Positions 51,500 through 63,340 of a DNA stretch of 64,000 nucleotides are shown piece after piece; the first letter of the stretch is position 1, and every line of letters begins with the position of its first letter. The stretch lies in the NCBI GenBank assembly GCA_951406725.2, contig OX597816.1:154504001-154568000 (forward strand), read 5' to 3'. The stretch comes from Octopus vulgaris (taxonomy: Eukaryota). Made by a program: the position numbers and the translations under genes. The notes beneath the pieces are model-generated. The model was given only the letters and a program-made list of their open reading frames with translations, did not search any database and was not told the origin of the DNA.

Positions 51500-52230
51500 G
51501 CTGATAGAAACCTGTTATCTTCTACAACGAAGGTGTTCAAGACTCTTGTCACAACCTCCTTCATATTCTCCTTCAGCTTGGCAAACTGCAAAAAGTCACA
51601 GGGAGCAAGTTCTGGACTGTAGTGAGGTCGAGGGACAGTTTTCCTGCCCATCTCCGTCAAATAGTTGGCTACCAGGATGGAATTGTGGACTGGTATATTA
51701 TCCTGGTTCAAGTACTCTGGTCATTTGCAATGAACTCTTTTCCTGAACTCCCTCAGAACCTCCACAGAGTACTCTTTGTTGTCTGTCTGGCTAGAGGGAT
51801 GTAGATGATTCCCTTGCTGCTGAAAAAAGGGATCATTATGAGCTTCCCGGTGGACTTGCTTTGCTTGTTATCTTGTTCCAGTAGGAAACAGATACTTGCC
51901 TTATACAAGTTAATCCATTCACAGTTGAGCATTTCATAAGTTTCCATAGTATTTGTTGCCCAAGTTAACACAAAAATGCATTGCATAATGAACTTGCAAA
52001 GTGTCTTTACATCTTGACTATATTTTGTAAATTAGTCAGCTGTGACAAGCAATGTTTAGTAGGGTGTGTTCAATGTACTGGAACAGCTGTTTCCTTCAGT
52101 TTTGAATAACAAAGGCAGGCAAGTCGGTTTATATGATGTATGGTAGTGATATACTAAAATTACATAATCTAGGACAGTTATAACTACGTCTCCAAAAAGA
52201 GTCTCAAAACTTCTGGAATGCACTTCTTAT
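51500..52230 (-). pseudogene. Degenerate mariner transposase remnant
   Basis: TVPRPHYSPELAPCDF matches the mariner YSPDLAP.DF motif. A TIR-like end at ~52200-52230 resembles the 49874 MITE TIR. Confidence 0.75.
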
Positions 52231-52243
52231 ATATTTTATTAAT

Positions 52244-52592
52244 AACAGCACTCAGTGCAAACCTCTGCCAAGGCAACACCAACGTCCTCTTAATGATTAG
52301 CCAGAGATGACTTAAAATGAATACTATCTGAAATAAACTCTACTGCTCTCATGAACGAGAATACTAAAAATGAACCCAACTGCTCTCAAAAAATTAAATG
52401 AAAAAAGAAGAAAAATAATCCAGAATCCTTGTCCAGTACCAGATTGATTCCAAAATCTAATCAGTTCGTGTCAGTCACAAGGCCAAATATCCCTGAAAAT
52501 TTCATCCAAATCCACAGATATCTTGTCCACAGACAAACAAAGAAACAAACATGACTGGAAACAATACCTCTGCCTTTGCTAAGGTGGAGGTG
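52244..52592 (+). mobile_element. Helentron/DINE-1-like element, copy 2
   Basis: Homologous along its length to 14720-15088; terminal hairpin acctctgcctt/aaggtggaggt. Confidence 0.6.
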
Positions 52593-52879
52593 ATAATCAG
52601 AAGTTACAGAGTGACTCAGTGTGTGTGTGTGTGTGTAAATAAGCGTCACAGTCATACAAGCAATGAACCTTCACTTTCAATGTCTGGTTATTAGAAAATA
52701 TTATCTCGGTGGGAAACAGCTGAACTTTGATATGATGTGGCATCTGATCATAGAACACCTGCATCGATGAATACTTTCTGACCCATGCAGTCATGGAAAA
52801 GTGAATGTTAAAATGATGATGATGATGCTAGCATATATCTGTAATCATCATTGTTTAACATCTGTTTTCCATGATAGCA

Positions 52880-52910
<31 letters not shown>

Positions 52911-53067
52911 CATGTGTGTGTCTGTGTAATATATTTATAAAGTGTATGTACATTGTATATATGTGTATGTGCATATGTTCCTGTATGTATACATATGCAG
53001 TGAATATGTGTGTGCGTACATATATATATATATATGAGAGACACACACAAACATATACATTCAAATA

Positions 53068-53262
53068 CTGCCGGTGGCATGTAGAAAGTACCCACTACAC
53101 TCTTGGAGTGGTTAGTGTTAGGAAGGGCATCCACCTGTAGAAACTTATCCAGATCAGATTGGAGCCTGGTACAGCCTTCTGGTTTGCCAGCTCTTAGTCA
53201 AACCATCCAACCTATGCCAGCATGGAAAGTGGACGTTAAACGATGATGACGATGATGATGAT
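53068..53262 (+). mobile_element. Short RTE-tail element
   Basis: Common tail and (GAT)n. Confidence 0.8.
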
Positions 53263-53730
53263 GACTGTGTGTAGTTGCACTTTTATGCAGACAAATCTAC
53301 CAGGAAGTTACATTTGCAGTCTCCTATGTCTTTGGGCATTTCTCAAAATATAAGCACTCTAGTTTTCTATGCAACCCTGTTGCATAAAATATAAAAGTGC
53401 TGAGTTCTAATGATGACAAAAGTAGCTGCTTAATGAATCAATAGCACTGCTTTTAGGTTTCAAATTTTTTCTTTGATCTTTTGCCAATGGTTTTCAAAGA
53501 AATTGGCTGGAGATTCCATATATTGACCTTGAGAAGATATTTCTTCAACAAAATATAGTTTAATGCAAGTATTAGATAAAAAAAATCTTACTCTCACTTG
53601 ATAAACACACACATTCCAAATGTGTATAACATATATATATGTGTGTGTATAAACACACACATAGATATATACATATATATTTTATATATATACACACTCA
53701 CACAAGTATATATATATATATATGTGTGTG

Positions 53731-53795
<65 letters not shown>

Positions 53796-53909
53796 ATATG
53801 TATGCATATATACACATTTTATATATGTGTGTTTATGAAGTGGGAGTAAGTTTTTTTTTTTATCTAATACTTACATTAAACTATATTTTGTTATATACAT
53901 AGATATATA

Positions 53910-54829
53910 TCAAGTTGAGTACAAAGTAAGCAACATTTTGAGCCATGAGGAATTTGTACTGGCTTTCCACAGAGTTTTGAATATTTTTAAACATTTTTTT
54001 GAAATTGTCTGATAATACAGACATAGGCTTGCCCAAATGCACCAATAAATTAACATTGATATTTTTTTTCACCATTGTTACAATCATCTGAAATGGAACT
54101 GTCAAAGTGTGATATTCGAGCAGTTTTGTTATTCCACTTCAAAAAGGATGTAAAGCAGCTGAAACTGCTTGCGGTATCAGTGAAACATTTGATGAGGAAA
54201 TGACCAGTGAGTGATCAGCTCAAAAATGGTTTAAACGATTTCGCAGTGGAGACTTGAGCTTTGAAGATTGTGAGCGTAGTGGACACCCATCTGTCTTTGA
54301 TGATGGCTAATTAAAGACCATCATTGAGAAAAATCCATGTGAAACCACTTGAGAACTGGCAAAAGAACTTCAAGTTAGCCAGAAAACTGCCTGTAACCAT
54401 TTGCATGTGATCTGCAGAAACATTGCCATGAAATTGCCAAAATGAACAAAAACTGCTAGTCCCTACCCCATACTGGTCAACAGAAGAGAGCCAATCATTC
54501 TTCATGACAATACTTGACCACACATTTCAGAAGCTGAGGGAACTTGGCTACAAAGTTTTTACTTTACCGACTACCACTTTATCAAGCACCTTGATGGTTT
54601 CCTGCAAAAGAAGGAGTTCAAAAATCAAACTAATGCTGAAAGTGCATTCAAAGAGTTCATCAGCTTCAGAGCTCCAAATTTTTATGTTACTGGAATAAAC
54701 AAACTTGTAACTTGTTGGCAAAAAATGTGTTGATTGTCGTGGTACTTACTTTGACGAATAAAATTTCTGCATTGTTGAAATGTGATGAATTTCATATTTC
54801 AAAATGTTGCTTACTTTTTACTCAGCCTG

Positions 54830-54830
<1 letters not shown>
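53910..54830 (+). mobile_element. Internally deleted mariner transposon
   Basis: TIRs tcaagttgagtacaaagtaagcaacattt / aaatgttgcttactttttactcagcctga with TA TSD. From 54093 it reads MELSKCDIRAVLLFHFKK...KAAETA...AQKWFKRFRSGDLSFED.ERSGHPS, with a stop and frameshifts. Confidence 0.9.
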
Positions 54831-54866
<36 letters not shown>

Positions 54867-55670
54867 TCATCATCATCATCATCATCGTTTAACGTCCGTT
54901 TTCCGCGCTAGCACGGGTTAGACGGTTCGACCGGGGTCTGGGGAGCCAGGGGCTGCCCCAGGCTCCAGTCTGATCTGGCAGTGTTTCTACAGCTGGATGC
55001 CCTTCCTAACGCCAACCACTCCGCGAGTGTAGTGGGTGCTTTTTACGTGCCACCTGCACAGGTGCCAGAGGGGTCTGGCATCGGCCACGATCGGTTGGTG
55101 CCTTTTTATGTACCACCGGCACAGAAGCCAGTCAAGGCAGCGCTGGCATCGGCCACGTTCGGATGGTGCTTTTTATGTGCTACCGGCACAGAAGCCAGTC
55201 AGGGCGGTGCTGACATCGGCCACATTCGGATGGTGCTTTTTATGTGCCACTGGCACAGAAGCCATTCGAAGCGGGGTTGGCATCGGTCACGTTCGGATGG
55301 TGCTTTTTATGTGCCACCGGCACAGAAGCCAGTGGAGGCTGCACTGGCAACGGTCACGTTCAGATGGTGCTTTTTATGTGTCACCGGCACAGGTATCACA
55401 GCTACTGTTTCCATTGATATTTGGTTCGATGTTCATGTGCCACCGGCACAGAAGCCATTCGAGGCGGGGTTGGCATCGGTCACGTTCGGATGGTGCTTTT
55501 TATGTGCCACTGGCACAGAAGCCAGTGGAGGCTGCACTGGCAACGGTCACGCCTGGATGGTGCTTTCCATGTGTCACCGGCACAGGTATCACAGCTACTG
55601 TTTCCATTGATATTTGGTTCGATGTTCATGTACATGCACTTGACTCAACAGGTCTCCTCAAGCACAGCGA
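54867..55670 (-). mobile_element. Young RTE-tail element with expanded ~55-bp repeat array
   Basis: (CAT)n start, common tail, then about 9 units of gatggtgctttttatgtgccaccggcacag. Confidence 0.85.
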
Positions 55671-56454
55671 GATGCATATAATTATATAGTGGGTGGATTT
55701 GGTGGACAGAAACTGAAAAAAAGCCTGTTGTGTGTGTGTGTGTATATATGTATATATATATCTTCACCATCATTTAGTATCCATGTTCCATGCTGGCATG
55801 TGTTAGACGATTTGACTGGAACTGGTAAGCTGGAGTGCTGCTCCAGTCTGGTTTGGCTTGGTTTCTATGGCTGGGTGCCTTTCCTAACCCCAGCTGCTCC
55901 AAGAGTTTAGCGGGTGCCTTTTATGTGTTATCCCCACTGGCCACAACTACGATTTCACTTGGCTTGACATGCTTTCTCATACATGTTTTATGCATCTGTG
56001 TTTCACTGTCTCCTTGCTTTAACATCATGCAATAGTTTGAGTGTCACCATCATGCAAGCAGTGTCCTTCATTTCCAATCCTCAGTGAAAACATGTCTGGT
56101 CATGGGGTAATATTACATTACTTGGAAATAGGGGAGGGTTAGTGGCAGGAAGTGCATCTGGCCATAGAAAATCTGCCTCAGCAATTTTGTGTAATCCACG
56201 AAAGCATGGAAAAGTGGACGTGAAAGTGATCATGTTATACATATCTACCTATCTTTCTATCTATTCATCTATATGTATGTTCATCTAATATAATAAATGC
56301 GAAAACTAATTTCTGTGTGTCAGTGTGTCACACTTTGACCCCATCTCTCAACATTCAATGACACTTCTACTGTTGGTGATGTTTTATTAAAAGTAGTAGT
56401 GTTGATGGCTTGTCCCCTGCAATCCTCTCCAGCTAAGCATCCCTAATCTTGCAG

Positions 56455-56672
56455 GCTTGTAGGTGCTAGTGCCACATAAAAAATACCCATGCCAGTGCTA
56501 CGTAAAAGCACCCAGTACACTCTGTAAAGTGGTTTGTATTAGAAAGGGCATCCAGCCGTAGAAACCATGCCAAAATAGACGGAGCCTGAACAGGGCTTCA
56601 GCTGGTCAGCTCCTGCCAAACTGTCCAACTCATGCCAACATGGAGAACGGACATTAAATGATGATGATGATG
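56455..56672 (+). mobile_element. RTE-tail element
   Basis: gtaaaagcacccagtacactctgtaaagtggtt...ggacattaaatgatgatgat. Confidence 0.75.
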
Positions 56673-57253
56673 TGTATATATTGCTAGGTTCTTGGTGTTT
56701 GTGTCACATAGGTAGGTCATGTCCTGAAACTCTTTCATAGCTATTATGTCGCTCAGTTATTATTGATGATATTTCCCATTTATAATACTTTTTTTTTACG
56801 ACTGAGACATTAAAACAGAGCTTATTTCATTTTAATCTTATAAGAAGTAACTACAGTTAAATAAATGATTCACAGGTGGAAGTAATAAATGCTTTCGCAA
56901 GGAATCTTGTAAAAACCGGTCTTGATAATGCTTATGATAATGATGATAATAATAATAATAATAATAATAGTCTATTATAATAAAATGCTTAGTATGTCTT
57001 TGTTGGTCACACTAGGCAAAGAAGGGTAAAACAGCAAATGGAGTGGCAGTGGGTAGCAGTGACAGATGCTAAAGCGAGCAGACAACAATTAAAGGCTTTG
57101 TTGGCCTTGTGCCAAAATTTCGAACCAATAATAATAATTCTTTTTAATTTTGATACCAGACCAGTAGTTTTGAGCAATGAAACAAGTTAGTTACATTGGC
57201 CCCAATGCTCAGCTTGGGTTGCAGAGAAGTATAGTTTTAGAGGAGTTTCATTG

Positions 57254-57844
57254 AGTACTTGCTGTGTGATTACCCTGTTTTTTTCCTCTTTTTATGGTGC
57301 AATGTCTCATCCCATTTTAAGAAAAGAAGGAAACTGTTGTTGGGAAACCTAGCTTGGAGGTTCTCATGGCAAACACAGTCACAACTTTACTGATAATCAA
57401 TTGTTTTTTGTCAAAGTTTTGAAGTATAAGAGATCACAAATAAGTATCGAAGAGGAGCAAGGCTCCAGTTGATTTTTCCCTACGGAAGCTGTATGATCAT
57501 TTAATAAAGAAGAGAATCAAGCTGATCAAAGCAGTGATTGCTGGTAATTGTTTCTATTGCCCTGAGATGTTGGAAGAAAAAGTGATAGATTGATAGTTGG
57601 TAAGGCCAGAGAAGTTACCTTTCTGGTGGGGATAAGACTTTATAGAAAGCTTTGAAACTCCGAGAGAGAGTGAGGGATGGGGAGGTTGAGGTGTTTGGCA
57701 AGAATAGGGGCTAGGTTGTGGAACATTGTGTAACAGTGATGGAAGGGAGTTTCCTGGTTGGGTTGGAGTGATTAGAGGAGTATCCATCCTTACATGAGGA
57801 TTGTAAGTATGTGATGATGAGAATGCAGTTATGGAGAAGGAGAA
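57254..57844 (-). mobile_element. CR1/L2-like RT fragment between 19-bp direct repeats
   Basis: PHQKGNFSGLTNYQSITFSSNIS resembles P..K.G....P.NYRPISL. ttttagaggagtttcattg occurs at 57235 and 57845. Confidence 0.5.
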
Positions 57845-57917
57845 TTTTAGAGGAGTTTCATTGTCATTGAGTGCATGCAGTATGAAGTAGGTGATGATAT
57901 ATATATGTGTATATATA

Positions 57918-58466
57918 TCATCATCATCATCGTTCAATGTCCACTTTCCATGCTAGCATGGGTTGGACAGTTCAACTGGGGTCTGGGAAGCCATAAAGCT
58001 GCACCAGGCCCAGTCTGATCTGGCAGTGTTTCTACAGCTTGATGCCCTTCCTAACACCAACTACTCCATGAGTGTAGTGGGTGCTTTTTACGTGCCACTG
58101 GCACAGGTGCCAGACGAGGCTGGCAAATGGCCACGATCAGATGGTGCTTTTTACGTGCCACTGGCACGGAGACCAGACGCAGCTGGCAACGGCCACGAAT
58201 CGGATGGTGCTTTTTATGTGCCACTGGCATGGAGGCCAGTCAGGGTGGTGCTGGCTATGGCCACGTTCAGATGGTTCTCTTACGTGCCAGTGGCACTGGT
58301 ATCACAGCTACAAATTCCATTGATGTTGATCGAATATAATTTTGATTTTCACTTGCCTCAACAGGTCTTCACAAGTGGAGCTTTGTGTCCAAAGAAGGAA
58401 AGGAATGCATAAGTGGGCTGGCTACATCCCAGGTAGAGGCCACGGGATTATGGCCTCACTTGTCCT
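57918..58466 (-). mobile_element. RTE-tail element (outer left arm of the nested inverted repeat)
   Basis: (CAT)n start, common tail and about 4 internal repeat units. Confidence 0.85.
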
Positions 58467-58560
58467 TATATATATATATGAGAAAAGAAGAAAAGGGAGA
58501 AATTGAAATGCAGACATCAGTTTATTTAAAAATATTCAAATTCATATAATGAAATTCCAG

Positions 58561-58673
58561 TCCTACAGCTGTTTCCATATCCAATTAGTTCAATTACAGA
58601 AATTAAATTAAATTTAATTAATTTAATTCAAATTTTCATGTTGAAACTGGTTAATTGGGTATTTCATCAGGGA
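58561..58673 (-). ncRNA. Hammerhead ribozyme motif (type I, extended stem II)
   Basis: Minus strand reads ucc-CUGAUGA-aauacccaauua...uaauuggauaug-GAAA-cagcug-UA-gga. Intact core, palindromic ACAGCUGU stem III, GUA triplet, 3-bp stem I. Confidence 0.65.
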
Positions 58674-58838
58674 AGAATTTTCCAAAAGTGAGTTACATTT
58701 CAACATGTTAGCTGACCTATGACAGACTCAGATGTGTGCATTTTAGAATGTGTGCATTGTATAAACAGAAACATGCACAACTACTTGATGATTGTTACCT
58801 CTCTCTTGCTCTACCAGCTTTCTCTCTCACTCACTTTA

Positions 58839-58875
<37 letters not shown>

Positions 58876-59075
58876 ACATATTTTTCTCCCCAACTACCAC
58901 ACCACCACCAATAAAAGCCATCATGTATTACATATGCACATGCATAAATATATCAAATGAATTTATTTATATGTACATATATGAAAATAACTTTTTTTTT
59001 AAAAACAATACACAGATCTGTGTCTGTCGTCGGTCAACTAACATGTTGAAATGTAATTCACTTTTGGAAAATTCT

Positions 59076-59207
59076 TCCCTGATGAAATACTCAATTAACC
59101 AATTGCAACATGAAAATTTGAATTAAATTAATTTAATTTATCTAATTTAATTTAATCTAATTTAATTTCTGTAATTGAACTAATTGGATATGGAAATGAC
59201 TGTAGGA
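59076..59207 (+). ncRNA. Hammerhead ribozyme motif (type I, extended stem II), ITPK1 sense strand
   Basis: ucc-CUGAUGA (59079-59085)...GAAA (59193-59196)-ugacug-UA-gga. The stem III palindrome is mutated relative to the partner copy. Confidence 0.55.
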
Positions 59208-59407
59208 CTGGATTTTCATTATATGGATTTGAATATTTTAAAATAAACTGATGTTTGCATGTCAATTTCTCCATTTTCTTCTTTTTCTTATTCATAAATA
59301 TTTTAAGTACCTATATATATCAATGCAAAACTAATATATTTAGTTTTCACTGAACACTGGTATAAACTGAAGAACTAGGATGCTTGCATCCCTTAAAGAA
59401 TTGGCAC

Positions 59408-59933
59408 ATTGGACCTCACAGAGGCAATGATGAAAGACCAAGACCTCTGAGATATGCTGTGACTGCGAAGACCCGACAAACGAAGTGAGTTCATGGCTCG
59501 CAGGACGGCCTTCTGTGCTAACCTTGGATCATAGGTTCTGTGCTTGAGGAGACTTATTTGAGTCAAGTACATCAACATCAAAATAAAAATCAGATGGAAA
59601 TTGTAGTTGTGATACCTGTGCCGGTGGCATGTAAAAAGCACCATCCGAACATGGCCAATGCCAGCGCTCCCTTGACTGGTGTCCGTGCCGGTGACATGTA
59701 AAAAGCACCAACCGATCATGGCCGTTTGCCAGCCTCCCCTGGCCCCTGTGCCGGTGGCATGTAAAAAAGCACCCACTATACTCACGGAGTGGTTGGCGTT
59801 AGGAAGGGCATCCCACTGTAGAAACACTGCCAGATCAGACTGGAGCCTGGTACAGCCTCCTGGCTTCCCAGACCCTGGTTGAACTGTCCAACCCATGCTA
59901 GCATGGAAAACGGACGTTAAATGATGATGATGA
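59408..59933 (+). mobile_element. 5'-truncated RTE LINE end (outer right arm of the nested inverted repeat)
   Basis: Starts with the RT-ORF C-terminal sequence (cctcacagaggcaatga...gagatatgctgt, compare 13135-13200), then repeat units and the common tail. Confidence 0.85.
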
Positions 59934-61192
59934 TATATATATATAAACAGGAGTCTGCTAGTAGAACCATTTTACTTTTAATGGCTCTGTTGATATACAG
60001 TACATCTCCATTACATTTTCCTATTTTGGTGAAGGTGTATCTCCCCCATCTCCCACACAATACTACAGAATCTTAGCTGAGTCATTTGGATATTGGACTG
60101 TTGCCCAAAGTATTGATTCTTTAGATTAACACCACCCTGTTGTTTCCAAGGTTAAGACCTTTTACTCTCACTGATCCAGTTCACCTAACAGTAACTAGAC
60201 ACCACGGGTAGGTGCAGCTCACCACTGTAATAAAGGCTTTTGCTACGTCAATAAAAAAGACAGGGGATGGTGAGTTTGGTAGAGCAACAAACAAAATTCT
60301 TTACTGGTTTTAGCAATGTTTCTTCACATTCTGAGTTCAAATCTCACCCTAGAGCATGGTTCATTTCATGCATGTTTTAATATCTTGGAGTGTTGAATTC
60401 AAATTCTTGTTTGAGGATGGCAGACACAGCAAAAAACAATATCAACGTTATATTTCTTACAAAGAAACATCTCAGAATCTTGAGTTTATAGCACAACAAG
60501 CAAGCATCTTCTTGGATTTGATGACTGACTTTATCATCAGTAGCATACAAATGTTACTTCCAATAAGGATGTGCTGGTATGGATTAGAGGCTGATACTTC
60601 ACTGTGCTAATGGAAGATTGATTTCAGTGAGCAACTGATAGAATATTTTATAAGATATTTACTGGTACGTTGATACCTTCTCACTATTATAACGATGTAA
60701 ATAACAACCACTCCCAAATCTAACATTAAATTGGTTATGATACTAGATTACAGTTTATAAGACTGAGGATTCATGCAGGTGTATATGTATAACTAATGTG
60801 TGTGTGTGTGTGTACATGTATCTCTCTCTCTCCCCCCCTCTCTCTCCCCCCCCCTCTCTCTCCCCCCCTCTCCCCCCCCTCTCTCTCTATATATATATAT
60901 ATCATGTATGTGAATGATTACTACCTTTCTTCTATAAGTGTGAGTGTACCTGACCTTATGAGTGTTGTGAAAATTGAAAAACTAAAAACTACTTCTCAAA
61001 GTTCTTTGCTAAAATGTCTTTTCAAGTGCTTCGCTTGTTTTAGCATATGGCATGGGTTTGATGGGTCTGCTGCTATACAGCACACCTCCAGTCACTCTTT
61101 CCTGTTGTGCTGTCTTGTGTTTTACAAACCAGAGTTTCTCAGTTATGCAAAGTTGTGTACATAAACATAGACATGCAGGGAGAGAGAGAGAG

Positions 61193-61240
<48 letters not shown>

Positions 61241-61611
61241 AAGTACAAACACAGCTACACAAGTAGGTCTGTATGTACAAACACATGTTCCCACACACAT
61301 TGACACACATTCAGTCCAAACATGCAGACACACCTTGCATACATTTTAGTTTATTTATGATCCTAGTTTACTTTCATACACACACATACTTTATATCCAT
61401 TTTCATTGCTTGCATGGGGGTTGGACTAATATATATATATATCAGTGAATTAAGAGTCCTTAAAGTATTAATAGTGCTTTCTGGTATTTGTTCTGGTTCT
61501 CTGTTTTCTGAGTTTAATCCTGGCATGGTCAGTTTGTTTTTTCTCTTTTCAAGGTCAATAAATTAGGTACCAGTTAAATGCTGGTCTCCTTAATTTCACT
61601 GTTTCTTTAAT

Positions 61612-62152
61612 TTTACTCCCAAGGCTCAGGCCAACTGCAGACTATAGTAGAAACTTGCCTTAGGTGAAGTGCAGTATGATCGAACCTGACACTATGTGGT
61701 TGTGAAGTAAATTTCTTAGTCACTTGGTCATGTGTGTGTGTGTTTAGGCACAGGAGTGGCTGTGTGGTTAAGAAGCTTGCTTCCCAACCATGTGGTCTTG
61801 GGTTCAGTCCCACTGTGCAGCACCTTGGGGAAAGTGTTTTATACTCTGGCCGCAGACCAACTAAATATTATGAATGGATTTGTTAGGCAGAAACTGAAAG
61901 AAGCCTGTTGTGTGTGTGTGTGTGTGTGTGTGTTTGTGTACACCCTTATCTAGCCATTATGTGATAGTTGTAAATGAGCATTACTATCATGCTAGCAATG
62001 TTGTTTGTCTCCAATCTTCCATGGTGAACTATTCCTTTGCTTGAAAACAAGAAGGGTTGGTGACTGGAGGGGCTTCTAGATGTAGAAAGATCTGCTTCAA
62101 CAAAGTCTGTTTGACCCATGCAAGCATGGAATAGTGGACGTTAAATGATGAT
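61612..62152. mobile_element. Head-to-head SINE family B pair (61612-61725 minus, 61747-62152 plus)
   Basis: Reverse-complement head fragment directly adjacent to a forward copy. Confidence 0.7.
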
Positions 62153-63296
62153 AATACACATGCACACATGTACACACCAATATGTGAGAAGATATGGGAT
62201 GGCACAACTGTTATCCTTGGCAATCAAAAAATGTTAGAAGTGGATGCAAATGATAGAAATACATGACAAATGATAATTAAAACCTTATCAACTATCTCAT
62301 TGAGAAGTATAGTATTTCAGTGCCTCAGCTAGAATTGTGTAGGGGTGTCAAGGACTATTGAATATAGTTGTTAGACGATAGGAACGGGAGGGGATGAGAC
62401 AAAAACATATAGTGGAATCTTTGCAAATATGACAGGAAAACACAAATACTGGGAAAGAAATTTAGTAAATGGGGCAGAGAATTTAGTAAAGAAATTTAGT
62501 AAATGGACCAGAGAAAACAAAAGTGTAGGTCTACTTATAATAATGCTAAATAATATGTAACTTTTTTTGTGACAAAAATAAAACATTCAGTGTTCAGAAA
62601 GAAACAACAACAACAAAAAAAAAGTGCCAGTTGAAAGAGAAAGAAAGTAAGCAATAATTGCTGGACAAAGTTTTTGAGTAAGTAAGGGAGGAGAGAATAT
62701 TTTTGCCCACTTGATGATTTAAGAGATAAAAGAAAGAGATCAGTGGATGGAATGAAAGAAAAAAGTGGCTAGCTAGGAATAGAGAGAGAGAGAGAGTTAT
62801 AGTAGTTAGAAACTGTGTGAGAAATGGCTGTGTTTTTAGTTTGATTGTAAATGGAACTTCTTAATTACATAAGTCATGGATGTGTGTGTTTGTGTTTTAC
62901 TCATTGTCTTGACAGGTTTGCATGCTGTATAAACACTGTCACATGTAAACTGTGTCATTGTTTAGTTTTACTGCAAAAACAGGTCTGGTTGTCTGTCTGA
63001 GCACTCTTTAAACAATACCCAGTGTCTTTGTTTATATCTGCTATGAAAACAGGTCTAGTCATTGAGCAGCATGTCATTTGGAAGAGCAAGTGAAATACTT
63101 CTTTACTTGCAAAAGAAGTGAAGGTTAGTGACAGGAAGAGCATAGCACTATAGAAAATCTTGCTTCAGAAAGTCTTGTCTGACATTTGCCAGTATAGAAA
63201 AACTGGATGCCAATTAAATTAAATGTTATACATACTCTATCAAAAGTATACTGCCTCATGTGAAAATATATGTTGTTTTTTTCTTTTCTATTTCAG

Positions 63297-63340
63297 TATG
63301 TAAACCTCAAGTAGCTCAGGGCGAAATCTTGTCACACGAG
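63297..63340 (+). CDS. ITPK1: ITPK1 coding exon (44 nt), VCKPQVAQGEILSHE
   Basis: ttctatttcag|...|gtaagt. ATP-grasp CK...A.G...SHE motif (human ICKTRVAHGTNSHE). The gene continues beyond the window end. Confidence 0.93.

Larger units (their letters stand above)
58481..59289. repeat. Inverted repeat with ~260-280 bp arms (58481-58740 / 59009-59289), probably PLE pLTR-derived
   Basis: The arms are reverse complements with scattered mismatches and an indel in the AT-rich core. Each arm carries a hammerhead core. Confidence 0.9.

Noticed and set aside
54981-55689. Regularly spaced repeats that could be mistaken for a CRISPR array, and 209/217-aa ORFs
   Set aside because: The inter-repeat segments are homologous to one another, the context is a eukaryotic retroelement tail and there are no cas genes.
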